This document shows positions 37,944 through 47,297 of a stretch of DNA of 64,000 nucleotides, piece by piece (within the stretch, counting starts at the first letter, position 1; each line of letters starts with the position of its first letter). The DNA comes from Gemmatimonadota bacterium. GTDB lineage: Bacteria; Gemmatimonadota; Gemmatimonadetes; Palauibacterales; Palauibacteraceae. Position numbers and translations under genes: made by a program. Location: positions 928,001-992,000 of the forward strand of contig OZ220691.1 in assembly GCA_965116475.1 (NCBI GenBank). Direction: 5' to 3'. The notes under the pieces are model-generated. The model searched no databases. It worked only from the letters and a program-made list of their open reading frames with translations, and was not told the origin of the DNA.

Positions 37944-38513
37944 GTGCCCGAACGCGTTCCACCGGAAACCCGCGCCGAGTCCCGGGACGCCGTCGAGGCG
38001 CTCATCCAGCGGGGGATGGCCGCGCGGCGGGAGGGTCGGCCGGACGAGGCGATGCGGCACATGAAGAGCGCCGTCGCGCTCGCCCGCTTCGGCGACGACC
38101 CGCTCGCGCTCGCCCGCGCCCTGCACGGGCAGGCGAACGTCGAGCGGGACAGGGGGGAAGCCCGGGCGGCCGTCGCGCTCTACCTCGAAGCCATCGCCCT
38201 CTGCCGCCGGGCGGACGATCCGCTCGTCCTGGCCCACATCACGCGTCACCTGGGGGATGTCCTGCGGGAGCTGGGCGAGCTCGGGAAGGCGGAACGGTGC
38301 TATGCGGAAGTGCTGGCCGTGTACCGGGCGGACCCAGCGGCCCCGCCGCTCGATGCCGCCAATGCCGCGCGGTCCGCGGCCATCCTGCGCGAGGCGCAGG
38401 ACAACGCCGCCGAGGCCCGTCAGCTGTGGCTCGAGGCCCGAGACCTGTACCGCCGGGCCGGCGTCGAGGCCGGCGTGTCCGAGAGCGCGACCCGTCTCGA
38501 ACGCCTCGGCTGA
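37944..38513 (+). CDS. TPR-repeat protein
   Basis: Helical repeats LARALHGQANV, LAHITRHLGDV, AERCYAE. Confidence 0.75.
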   Translation: MPERVPPETRAESRDAVEALIQRGMAARREGRPDEAMRHMKSAVALARFGDDPLALARALHGQANVERDRGEARAAVALYLEAIALCRRADDPLVLAHITRHLGDVLRELGELGKAERCYAEVLAVYRADPAAPPLDAANAARSAAILREAQDNAAEARQLWLEARDLYRRAGVEAGVSESATRLERLG

Positions 38514-38635
38514 CATCCCGCCGGGGGCGGCGCCCGACGCCCCTCCGTCTTGCCTGAGCGGGACGTTTCGACCACCCTGATTCGGATTGGCGGTCTCGAT
38601 CCGCCGCGAGGAAAAGTTCCGAGGAGGGCGCGCAA

Positions 38636-40000
38636 ATGCTGCGGAATCACGGTCTGAACCGTAGGGCGTTTCTGAAGAGCACGGGAGCCACCGCCGTTCT
38701 GGGCGCCGTGGGCGCGCGTTCGGCGCTCGCGAGCGAGGTGGCCGGGACCGATGTCACTCCGGTCGGGCTCGACGGCGCCCTCGAGGAATTCGACTTCGAC
38801 GAGATCTACGACCGGCGCGGGAGCGACTGCGTCAAGTGGGACCGCGCCATCGAGCAGTTCGGCCCGGAGATCGAGGTCGGCATGGGCATCGCCGACATGG
38901 ACTTCCGCGCCGCGCCGTGCATCACGCAGGCGATCGCCGAGCGCACCGCGCATGAGAACTGGGGCTACCAGCACCGCGACAGTTCGTTCACGGACGCGGT
39001 CGTGGCCTGGAACCAGCGCCGCTACGACCTCGATATCGACCCGTCGACGATCGTCTGGACCAGCGGCGTCCACCCCGGAATCATCGCGGGACTCCACACC
39101 TTCGCCCCTCCGGGCAGCCGGGTCCTGATGACGACCCCGACCTACAACGGCTTCTACTCGGACCTCCGCTTCGCGCGGAACGTCGCCGAGGACAGCGAGA
39201 TGAAGGTGGTCGACGGGGTCTACGAGATCGACTGGGACGACTTCGAGCGCCGCGTGCAGCGGGTCCACGCCTTCATCCTCTGCAACCCGCAGAACCCGAC
39301 CGGAAACTGCTGGTCGGCGGAGGACATGACGCGCATGGGCGAGATCTGTCTCGAGCACGGCGTGCCGGTGCTCTCCGACGAGATCCACTGCGATTTCGTG
39401 ACGAAGGGACAGAAGTACATCCCGTTCGCCAGCCTCGATCCGAAGGTCGTCGACAACAGCGTCACCTTCAAATCCAACAGCAAGACCTTCAGCCTCGCCG
39501 CCAACAAGGTCGCCTGGTACTTCTCGACCAACCCCTCCTTCATGACCCGCCTGCGCCAGTACACGCGCGCGGACCTGAGCACGATCGGCATGGTCGCCGC
39601 CCGCGCCGCCAACAACGACGGGGACGAATGGCTCGACCAGCTGCTCGTCTACCTCGACGGCAACCACGACCTCACCGAATCCTACATTCGGGAGAACGTG
39701 CCGGGAGTGAGCTACACGAAGGCACAGGGCACCTTCCTCGCCTGGCTCGACATGGGCGGGCTGATGGACCGCATCGACGCGCAGGGGAAGGCGGACTACG
39801 AGAACCGGACCGCCGCGGATCCGGTGTCGCCCGAGAGCGTCCTGCAGCGCTGGCTCGCCGAGAACGCGCGCATCTATCTCAACAACGGGCCCAGCTACGG
39901 GACCGGGGGCGAGCGGCACATGCGGATGAACATCGCGACCTCGCGCACGCTCGTGAAGCGCGCCCTCGACAACCTCTCCCGGGCCGTCGCGGAGCTCTAG
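38636..40000 (+). CDS. MalY/PatB-type PLP-dependent C-S lyase/aminotransferase with Tat signal
   Basis: NRRAFLK Tat motif; IADMDF, CNPQNPTG, SDEIHCD, SKTF (PLP lysine), RMNIAT. Confidence 0.88.
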   Translation: MLRNHGLNRRAFLKSTGATAVLGAVGARSALASEVAGTDVTPVGLDGALEEFDFDEIYDRRGSDCVKWDRAIEQFGPEIEVGMGIADMDFRAAPCITQAIAERTAHENWGYQHRDSSFTDAVVAWNQRRYDLDIDPSTIVWTSGVHPGIIAGLHTFAPPGSRVLMTTPTYNGFYSDLRFARNVAEDSEMKVVDGVYEIDWDDFERRVQRVHAFILCNPQNPTGNCWSAEDMTRMGEICLEHGVPVLSDEIHCDFVTKGQKYIPFASLDPKVVDNSVTFKSNSKTFSLAANKVAWYFSTNPSFMTRLRQYTRADLSTIGMVAARAANNDGDEWLDQLLVYLDGNHDLTESYIRENVPGVSYTKAQGTFLAWLDMGGLMDRIDAQGKADYENRTAADPVSPESVLQRWLAENARIYLNNGPSYGTGGERHMRMNIATSRTLVKRALDNLSRAVAEL

Positions 40001-40048
40001 AGAGGACCCGGCGGCAACGGCGGCGGCCACAGAGAAGCCCGGCACGGC

Positions 40049-40471
40049 ATGGCGCGCGCGGTCGCCTCCTTCGAGGTCACCGGATGGGACCAGGGGGCAC
40101 CCGAGCCCGACGCCGGAGGCGCCGGAGGGCCGACCCTCTCGCACGCCACCGTCCTGAAGCGGTTCGGCGGGGACCTCGTGGCGGAGAGCGAGGCCCGGCT
40201 CCTCATGTGCCAGGCGGACGTGGCGGACATCACGGCGGGCGCGGGCTACATCGCCCGCGAGGTCGTTCGCGGAGCGCTCGGCGGACGGGAAGGGACGTTC
40301 GTCATGCAGCACTGGGGACTGAGCGCGGACGGCCGCGAACGGACGGGCGGACAGATCGTGCCGGGTTCGGCGACCGGCGATTTGAAGGGACTCACCGGCA
40401 CCGTCGAGATCGCCGTCGATGGCGACGGAGCGCACACGCTGACGATCGACTACGAACTTCCGGACGCGTAA
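40049..40471 (+). CDS. DUF3224-like protein
   Basis: K.F.GDL, G.LGGREGTFVMQH, IVPGSATGDLKGLTG. Confidence 0.8.
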   Translation: MARAVASFEVTGWDQGAPEPDAGGAGGPTLSHATVLKRFGGDLVAESEARLLMCQADVADITAGAGYIAREVVRGALGGREGTFVMQHWGLSADGRERTGGQIVPGSATGDLKGLTGTVEIAVDGDGAHTLTIDYELPDA

Positions 40472-40528
40472 CTTCAATGCAATGCCGGACGAGACGGGCC
40501 GGCGTTTCTTCCTGAGAGGGATAGTACG

Positions 40529-42136
40529 ATGAAAAGATGGTTCCCGATGCTTCCGGCGTTCCTCCTCGGCGCGATGCTGTCGACGGTTCCCGCGCAGGTC
40601 GAGGCACAGTTCGACGAGGTCGGATCGATCACCTTCCCGACCTCCGCCACGGGCGAGGCCCAGCAGCACTTCCTCCGGGGCGTGGCGATCCTGCACAGCT
40701 TCGGCTGGAAGCAGGCGCGCGAGCAGTTCCACGCGGCGCAGGAACTGGACCCCGACTTCGCGATGGCCTACTGGGGCGAGTCGCTCGCCTACAATCACCC
40801 GCTCGTGTCCCAGATGGACCCGACCGATCCGCGCAAGGCGCTGGAAAGGCTGGGCGCGACACCGGCCGAGCGGCTCGCGAAGGCGCCGACGGATCGGGAG
40901 AAGGGCTTCCTGAAGGCGGTCGAGATCCTGTGGAGCGAAAGGGACCACGTCGACCGGCGCGTGGGGTACATGGAGGCGATGCGCGACCTGTACGAGGCCT
41001 ATCCGGAGGACCCGGAGATCGCGGCCTTCTACGCCCTGTCCCTCCTCAGCGCGACGGCCGCCACGCGCGACCTGAGCAATCGCTGGAACGTGATGGCGGG
41101 CGCGATCGCGCTCCGGCTGTTCAATGACAATCCGCTGCACCCGGGCGCGGCGCACTACACGATCCACTCCTTCGACAACCCGATCATGGCCCCGCTCGCG
41201 CTGGACGCGGCCTACGCCTTCGCGGACATCGCGCCGGCCGTTTCGCACGCGCGCCACATGCCGACTCACATCTTCATTCAGCACGGGATGTGGGAACGCG
41301 TGTCCGGCAACAACCAGTCCGCCTACGACGTGGCGCAGGAACTGTGGCAGCCGGGCGACGCGGTGGGCGACGCCGTGCACTCGCTCGACTGGGGCCAGTA
41401 CGGCGACCTCCAGCGCGGCGACTACGACAAGGCGCGGCTGTGGATGGACCGGCTCGCGGACATGGTCGACAACGAGGGCTTCGCGACGACGGGCGGGGCG
41501 CGGGGCGCGGCCGGCATCGCGCGGGCACAGAACGCGGTCTCGCTCCTCAAGGCGCGCTACATCGTCGAGACCGAGCAGTGGGACACGCAGCCGATCACGG
41601 AGGACTCCCCGGCGCACGAACTCCTGGCCACGGGACTCAGCGCCCACCGCATGGGTGACCAGGCGATCGTCACCGAGGCGGAGGTCGCCCTGAAGGAACT
41701 GTCGGACGGCGAGGGCTACACGCACGTCATGCACAAGCAGGTCGGAGCACTCCGCCACGCGGCGATGGGGCACCCCGACGTGGCCATCGGCCTCATGGAC
41801 GAGGCGGAGGCGGAGGTCATGAGCATGGCGCCGCCGCGAGGCTCCGCCAGCCCGGTCAAGCCTCTGCACGAACTCTACGGCGAGTTGCTGCTCGAACTCG
41901 GGATGCCCGACAAGGCGGTCGAGAAGTTCGAGACGTCGCTTCTGCGGATGCCCAACCGGCCGCGCTCGCTCCTCGGCCTGGCCCGGGCGCACGCCGCCAA
42001 CGGCGACGCGGTCCTCGCCGCCGAGGCGTACGCGAAGGTCGCCGACCTGTGGAGCGGCCTGGCGCACGCCGGCCTCATGGAGGCCGAAGCCTTCCTGAAC
42101 GAGGCCGAGAGCGAGGGGAACCAGGGGAACCGGTAG
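40529..42136 (+). CDS. Secreted TPR-like helical repeat protein
   Basis: Signal peptide; GSITFPTS, DPDFAMAYWG, HPGAAHYTIH, HARHMPTHIF, PNR.RSL.GLA. Confidence 0.8.
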   Translation: MKRWFPMLPAFLLGAMLSTVPAQVEAQFDEVGSITFPTSATGEAQQHFLRGVAILHSFGWKQAREQFHAAQELDPDFAMAYWGESLAYNHPLVSQMDPTDPRKALERLGATPAERLAKAPTDREKGFLKAVEILWSERDHVDRRVGYMEAMRDLYEAYPEDPEIAAFYALSLLSATAATRDLSNRWNVMAGAIALRLFNDNPLHPGAAHYTIHSFDNPIMAPLALDAAYAFADIAPAVSHARHMPTHIFIQHGMWERVSGNNQSAYDVAQELWQPGDAVGDAVHSLDWGQYGDLQRGDYDKARLWMDRLADMVDNEGFATTGGARGAAGIARAQNAVSLLKARYIVETEQWDTQPITEDSPAHELLATGLSAHRMGDQAIVTEAEVALKELSDGEGYTHVMHKQVGALRHAAMGHPDVAIGLMDEAEAEVMSMAPPRGSASPVKPLHELYGELLLELGMPDKAVEKFETSLLRMPNRPRSLLGLARAHAANGDAVLAAEAYAKVADLWSGLAHAGLMEAEAFLNEAESEGNQGNR

Positions 42137-42593
42137 CGAGAAGATCCAGTATGGGGACCCTCATTAGCGCCGACCGGCCCGTCCGGACCTTCGCGAGCAC
42201 CTCGAGGGTCTGGAGGGGCCGGAGTTTTTCCGCGTCCGCCAGCAACTCCCGCGGGACGGCAATATAGACGAGGCCATCGCCTGGATCGGGCGCGCGCGCG
42301 AGCAGAAAGGGCTCCCCCTCGTAGAAGTCGATCCGCTCCGGTTCGGCTCGTTCCAGTGACAGGAACCGCACGGTCCAGCGCAGGCGCACCCCGGCGTACG
42401 CATCCGGGTTCGCGCGCAGGGCGGCGGCCGAAACATCCGCCAGGACACCGACCGTATCGCCGTCGACGACTTCGCGCGCCTGAGCGGCGGCGGGGGGCGG
42501 GGCGTGCGCACACGCGAGGACGACGGGCAGGAGAAGCCGGCGTCGCAAGCGACGGCGACGAGACGTTTTTCTGGTAAGGATCCGGTCCTCCAC
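42075..42593 (-). CDS. Hypothetical exported protein (possible OB-fold)
   Basis: Signal-like N-terminus; LRANPDAYAG.R.RW.V.F; GAGGA RBS; overlaps the TPR gene 3' end by 62 nt. Confidence 0.6.
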   Translation of the reverse strand: MEDRILTRKTSRRRRLRRRLLLPVVLACAHAPPPAAAQAREVVDGDTVGVLADVSAAALRANPDAYAGVRLRWTVRFLSLERAEPERIDFYEGEPFLLARAPDPGDGLVYIAVPRELLADAEKLRPLQTLEVLAKVRTGRSALMRVPILDLLATGSPGSPRSRPRSGRLRPP

Positions 42594-42692
42594 CTACATT
42601 CCTCGCGCCGCGACCCCGTCGTGAGACTCGTGCGACGGGCGGTTCCCGTTCGAGATCCGACTCACCCAAGATATGGAACTCGTGTCAACCCG

Positions 42693-43415
42693 GTGTCAAA
42701 CAAGCTGATCTTCGTCGTCGGACTCGCCCTGCTCGCCGGAGTCCCGGCGACGCTCGAGGCGCAGGCCGAGCGCATCGACTCACCCTTTCGCTGGCGCGAA
42801 AAGGGCTTCCGCATCGGCCTGTTCGGGGGCCACCACGCGGGGAACCGGGGGCGGCTCGAGTTCGCGCAGGGACCCACCCCCGTGGCGGGCGCCAGAATGC
42901 GCGTCCGCGCTTCGAGTCCCCTCTCTCTTGAGCTCGGAGCCACCTACGGGGCGGCGGACCGGTGGACGCTGGATGTCCTCGACGAGGCCGGACCGATGGT
43001 GGTCGACACCGTCGCCGCGGGCTGGCTGCGGGCCGATCTCGGGGCGCAGATCGGCCTCACCGGAGCGCGCACGTGGAACGGGATCCACCCCTACGGGCTC
43101 ATCGGCGGCGGCTTCGTGTTCGGGGTCGACGAGGGCGCCTCCGAGTTCCTCGCCGACCAGGCGCTCGAACCGTTCCGGTACGACATCTCCACCGCTCCGC
43201 ACATCTTCGTGGGGCTGGGGTTCGAGGTCTTTCCATCGGAGACGATCGGGATCGGTTTCGAGGTCCGCGACTACCTGGTCCGCGTGACGTCGCCGGACGG
43301 GTTCCTCTTCGGCAGCACCCTTGAACTGATCGACGCCTCCGGAGGGCCGGCTCCGCAGAGTTCCGTGTGGGGCCACAACCCGGAGTTCAGCATCTCCATC
43401 TGGTACTACTTCTAG
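42693..43415 (+). CDS. Outer-membrane beta-barrel protein
   Basis: Signal peptide, amphipathic strands, PYGLIGGG, terminal ISIWYYF. Confidence 0.75.
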   Translation: MSNKLIFVVGLALLAGVPATLEAQAERIDSPFRWREKGFRIGLFGGHHAGNRGRLEFAQGPTPVAGARMRVRASSPLSLELGATYGAADRWTLDVLDEAGPMVVDTVAAGWLRADLGAQIGLTGARTWNGIHPYGLIGGGFVFGVDEGASEFLADQALEPFRYDISTAPHIFVGLGFEVFPSETIGIGFEVRDYLVRVTSPDGFLFGSTLELIDASGGPAPQSSVWGHNPEFSISIWYYF

Positions 43416-43447
43416 ACTCCCGTGGCGAACCCCCGCAGCGGCCGAAT

Positions 43448-44698
43448 ATGAACGACGCGGACTGGATCTCTTTCGACGAGGCTCTCGCTCTCGTGCTGGA
43501 CGCCGCGACGCCGCTGGGAACCGAACGGGTCCCGCTCTCCGCCGCCCTCGGCCGCTCCCTCGCGCGCGCCGTGCAGGCCGTCGCCCCGCACCCGCCGTGG
43601 GACAACAGCGCCATGGACGGATTCGCCGTGCGAATCGACGAGGTGCGCGGGGCGAGCCCGGAACGGCCCGTGGTCCTCCCGATCTCCGACGACATCCCGG
43701 CCGGCGCCTTTCCGCGCGGTCCGCTGGAGCCAGGCTCCGTGGCGCGCGTGATGACGGGGGCGCCGGTGCCGGAGGGCGCCACCGGCGTCGTCCGCGTGGA
43801 GCACACCGACGGGGGTCCGGACGGGCGCGTGAGCATATTCGACGACGCGGACGGGGAGCGGCATATCCGTTTCCTCGGGGAGGATGTGCGGGCGGGCGAC
43901 ACGATGGTGGAGCGTGGGGAGGAGCTCGGGGCGGCGGCGGTGGCGCTGCTCGCGACGGCCGGCCGCGAGCAGGTGGACGTGGGCCGACAACCCCGCGTAG
44001 GCGTGCTCGCGAACGGAGACGAACTCGCGGACTTCGATGAGTTCGAGGAGGTGCGGGCGGGGCGGCGGATCATGAACTCGAACGGGTACGCGCTGGCCGC
44101 CCAGCTCGCGGAATCCGGGGCGGAGCCGGTGCCGCTCGGCATCGCCCGCGACGACCCCGACGACCTGCACCGGTGTCTCGCGCGGGCCGAGTCCTGCGAC
44201 GCGATCGTCTCCGCGGCCGGCGTGAGCGTCGGCGAACACGACTACGTGAAGCAGGTACTCGACGAACTCGGCTTCGAACGCTCCTTCTGGCGCCTCCGGA
44301 TGCGCCCCGGCAGCGCGACCGTCTTCGGCCTGCTCGGCGGGCGGCCGTTCTGGGGCGTCCCGGGCAATCCGGCCTCGGCGCTCGTCACGTACGAGACGCT
44401 CGTACGGCCGGCGATCCGCAGGATGGCGGGGTTCGCGCGCCCCTGCCGGCGACCGCTGCGGTGCGCTGCGGCCCACGATCTGCGCGGGCCCCGGGACGTG
44501 CTCTCGTTCCTGCGCGTGCTCATCGGATCCGCCGAGTCGGGCGCCCTCACGGCCCGGCTGAGCGGCCCGCAGGGCTCGGGCAACCTGGGGTCCATGCTGG
44601 CCGACGGACTGCTCGCGATCCCGGTCGGGACCGACGCCATAGGCACCGGGGAGCCGGTCGACGTGATCCCGCTCCGGGAGTGGGCGAGTCCCGCCTGA
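43448..44698 (+). CDS. moeA: Molybdopterin molybdotransferase
   Basis: PPWDNSAMDGFA, MTGAPVPEGA, GDEL, GVSVG..DYVK, PGNPAS. Confidence 0.95.
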   Translation: MNDADWISFDEALALVLDAATPLGTERVPLSAALGRSLARAVQAVAPHPPWDNSAMDGFAVRIDEVRGASPERPVVLPISDDIPAGAFPRGPLEPGSVARVMTGAPVPEGATGVVRVEHTDGGPDGRVSIFDDADGERHIRFLGEDVRAGDTMVERGEELGAAAVALLATAGREQVDVGRQPRVGVLANGDELADFDEFEEVRAGRRIMNSNGYALAAQLAESGAEPVPLGIARDDPDDLHRCLARAESCDAIVSAAGVSVGEHDYVKQVLDELGFERSFWRLRMRPGSATVFGLLGGRPFWGVPGNPASALVTYETLVRPAIRRMAGFARPCRRPLRCAAAHDLRGPRDVLSFLRVLIGSAESGALTARLSGPQGSGNLGSMLADGLLAIPVGTDAIGTGEPVDVIPLREWASPA

Positions 44699-44740
44699 CG
44701 CGGGACATGAGGCCGGACCCGGGCCGGGCTCGGCGGCCCG

Positions 44741-45820
44741 TCAGATGCGGACGACCGCCGCCGCCATCGTGTAGCCACCCCCGATCGAGGTGAGGACGAT
44801 CGTGGCGGGATCCGGCACCGGCCCGTGCTTCCCGCGGACGACCTCGTCGAGCGTCACGGCGACCGTCGAGGCGGACATGTTGCCGTAGTCGACGATGTTG
44901 TGGACGACGCGCCCTTTCGGCAGTTCCAGCCGCTGCTCGAGGCCCTGCGTGATCCGCGCGTTCGCCTGGTGAGGAATCACGAAGTCCACGTCGGACCAGT
45001 CGAGGCCCGCCTTGTGAAGCGCCTGTTCGCCCACTTCGGCCATCTTGACGATCGCGTTGCGGACGATCCGCGGCCCTCCCTCCATGTGGAGAATCGGGAT
45101 CCGGTCCCCGTCGTCCCGCCAGCTCTGCCCGACAAGGAACAGCGGATCGCGCGCGAACCAGCCCGACGCCGCCAGCGGCCCGAGCACGCCGTGATCCGCT
45201 TCGCTCCGCTCGAGCACGACCGCTCCGGCCCCGTCGCCGAACAGCACAGCCGTCCGCACGTCCGTGTAGTCCACGAGCCGCGTGAGGGCGTCGCCCGAAA
45301 CCACCAGAACCCGCTCCGCCATGCCGCTGACGATCGCCGACCAGGCCGCCCCCACGCCGTACACGAAGCCGGCGCAGGCCGCGTTGATCGCGAATCCCCC
45401 CAATCGCGGGTTGCCGATCTTCGTCGCCACGGTACAGGCGCTGTTCGGCACCTCGTCGGACGGCGAGACGGTCGCCACGTACAGCTGGTCGATCTCGTCC
45501 GGCTCGCGGCCGGCCGCCTCCAGCGCGGCGAGCCCCGCCCGGGCGCACATGTCCTCGGTCGTCAGTTCGCTGCCCGGCGGGATTCGCCGGCGCGACCTGA
45601 TGCCGGTCAGCTGGTACGCCCACTGGTCGAAGACCTCGGGGACCGACAGCCCATTGACGCCCTCGACGCCCCTGAGCGCGGATCGCGCCTGCGCGGCGTC
45701 GAACGACTCGCGCAGCGTACCCATGCCGAGAAGCTGGAAGTTGTCGATGCTGTCAGGCGGCAGGTAGCTCCCGGTACCTGTGACCGCCGCGGTCACTCTG
45801 GCTGCCAAGGCCGTCTCCAT
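44741..45820 (-). CDS. fabH: 3-oxoacyl-ACP synthase III (FabH-like)
   Basis: GTGSYLP, AACAGF (Cys), LFGDGAGA, PHQAN, GNMSAST. Confidence 0.85.
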   Translation of the reverse strand: METALAARVTAAVTGTGSYLPPDSIDNFQLLGMGTLRESFDAAQARSALRGVEGVNGLSVPEVFDQWAYQLTGIRSRRRIPPGSELTTEDMCARAGLAALEAAGREPDEIDQLYVATVSPSDEVPNSACTVATKIGNPRLGGFAINAACAGFVYGVGAAWSAIVSGMAERVLVVSGDALTRLVDYTDVRTAVLFGDGAGAVVLERSEADHGVLGPLAASGWFARDPLFLVGQSWRDDGDRIPILHMEGGPRIVRNAIVKMAEVGEQALHKAGLDWSDVDFVIPHQANARITQGLEQRLELPKGRVVHNIVDYGNMSASTVAVTLDEVVRGKHGPVPDPATIVLTSIGGGYTMAAAVVRI

Positions 45821-45822
45821 CG

Positions 45823-45910
45823 TCCGTGGGCAATATCCGTGGGCAAGGCGTCGGCGGGCTCGCCCGCCGGAAAGTCCGAGAGTATACGGCAGAGGCCGGG
45901 AAGGTTGCCA
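45823..45910 (-). promoter_or_regulatory. fabH promoter plus direct repeat in the leader
   Basis: TGGCAA-N18-TATACT (45910-45881); TTGCCCACGGA x2 (45846-45836 and 45833-45823) just before the ATG. Confidence 0.45.
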
Positions 45911-45916
45911 GCCTGT

Positions 45917-46645
45917 CTAGCAGTCCGTCGATCGGATGGCAGGAAGCGTGGAGCGGGCGAGCAGGAGCCGTTCCGCGGCCGAGCGGGCCGCCTCGGCAAG
46001 CGTCCGGGTCGGGCACGGTCTGGTCGGCATCACGCGGGCGCACTCCCTCACGCTCGCCTGCGACCAGCAGGAGTCGGGCTGACCGTTGCCGCACTCCCGA
46101 ATGAGCAGCTTCACGCTGGCGGGCAAGCGGAGCACCGCATCGCTGTCGAACTCCTCGGCCACCGCATAGCGCACGAGATCTTCGGCCAGACCCAGTGCCA
46201 CGCCCGCGTCCAGCAACTCCTCGAGGGAGACGACGAGAAGCGGAAAGTCGGCTCGGTCGCGTCCCAGCCGCGTCAGAAGTTCGCGCCCCACGCCGCGGCG
46301 AAGAGCATCGGCAGCCTTCTCGAGCACGAGCGGATCCGCGCGCGAACCGACGACGGACGCCGCATCCCGCAGCTCCGCGGCGAAGGTGTCGACGGCCGCG
46401 AGCACGACTTCCGGCGACATCCCCTTCGCCACGCCCTCCATGGCCTTGTCGATGAGAAGACCTCGGGGCAATCCGTCCTGCACACCGGCCTCGATGACGG
46501 AAAGGGTACGCGCCGCATAGACCGCGCCCAGGTGACGGCTGAAGCGCGCGCGCGCGTCCTGGCCTGCAAGCGGCGGCCCGAGCCCGAGGAGCACGGCGGC
46601 GAGGAGCACGACCGCGGGAGACCGGTGCAGCAGGGCTGTCGTCAC
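45917..46645 (-). CDS. Hypothetical exported helical protein with Cys-rich tail
   Basis: Signal peptide; GLP..L.DKA.EG.AKG; third gene of the ECF locus. Confidence 0.65.
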   Translation of the reverse strand: MTTALLHRSPAVVLLAAVLLGLGPPLAGQDARARFSRHLGAVYAARTLSVIEAGVQDGLPRGLLIDKAMEGVAKGMSPEVVLAAVDTFAAELRDAASVVGSRADPLVLEKAADALRRGVGRELLTRLGRDRADFPLLVVSLEELLDAGVALGLAEDLVRYAVAEEFDSDAVLRLPASVKLLIRECGNGQPDSCWSQASVRECARVMPTRPCPTRTLAEAARSAAERLLLARSTLPAIRSTDC

Positions 46646-46655
46646 GGGCTGTCGG

Positions 46656-47297
46656 CTAGGGAGCGAGCGAGCGGGCGCCCGCACCGCCCGTGATGGCGAT
46701 CACGGCATTCTGGTTGCCGTAACCGTCCTCCACGTACCGTTCCGCGTGCGGATCCGTGATCCAGGTCTGGCCGTCCACGAGGAACATGTACTTGTGCACG
46801 CCGGGCGGGAGCTTCACCCGCCCGGTCCACACGCCGGTCCCGTAGGGATCGGCCAGCGCGACCTCCGGCTGCCAGTCGTTGAAGTCGCCCGCCACGTGGA
46901 CCGATGCCGCGCCGGGCGCCTCGAGGCGGAACTGCACGTAGTGGACCTCTTCGCCCACGAGCGCCGTCGCCGCCCCCGCCGGCTCGGTGACGACGTCCTC
47001 TCGCGGCAGGAGGAAGAACGTCGCAAGCACCGCGGCGGCCGCGAGTCCCAGCCACGGCCGGACGCGCACGGAGCGGGGATGCACCCACCAGTCGACGAGA
47101 CCGGAAAGAGGCCGGCGCCCCTCCTGGCGAACCTCGGCCATCACCCTCGATTCGAGTCCGACCGGAGCGCTCCGCACCCCCGAATCCCGCACGTCCGAGA
47201 GGAGCGCATCCCACCGTTCGGCCTCCCTGCGAAGCTCTCGCGAGAGTTCCGAATGGTCGATTTCTCCATCCAGGTACAGCTTCAGATCGTCGTTCAT
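46656..47297 (-). CDS. Anti-sigma-like membrane protein with C-terminal CBM48/AMPK-beta-like glycogen-binding domain
   Basis: YLDGEI N-terminus, one TM, then V.F...PGA.SV.VAGDFNDW..GVW..LPPG.HKY.F.VDG..W..DP..DGYGNQNAVI; ATGA-type overlap with sigma. Confidence 0.8.
   Translation of the reverse strand: MNDDLKLYLDGEIDHSELSRELRREAERWDALLSDVRDSGVRSAPVGLESRVMAEVRQEGRRPLSGLVDWWVHPRSVRVRPWLGLAAAAVLATFFLLPREDVVTEPAGAATALVGEEVHYVQFRLEAPGAASVHVAGDFNDWQPEVALADPYGTGVWTGRVKLPPGVHKYMFLVDGQTWITDPHAERYVEDGYGNQNAVIAITGGAGARSLAP

Noticed and set aside
38514-38635. Possible SAM riboswitch upstream of the C-S lyase
   Set aside because: Core SAM-I/II sequence elements not seen
38420-42067. 1215-aa minus-strand ORF, and similar Arg/Pro/Gly-rich alternative ORFs throughout
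   Set aside because: Antisense or off-frame to well-supported genes, with composition typical of non-coding frames
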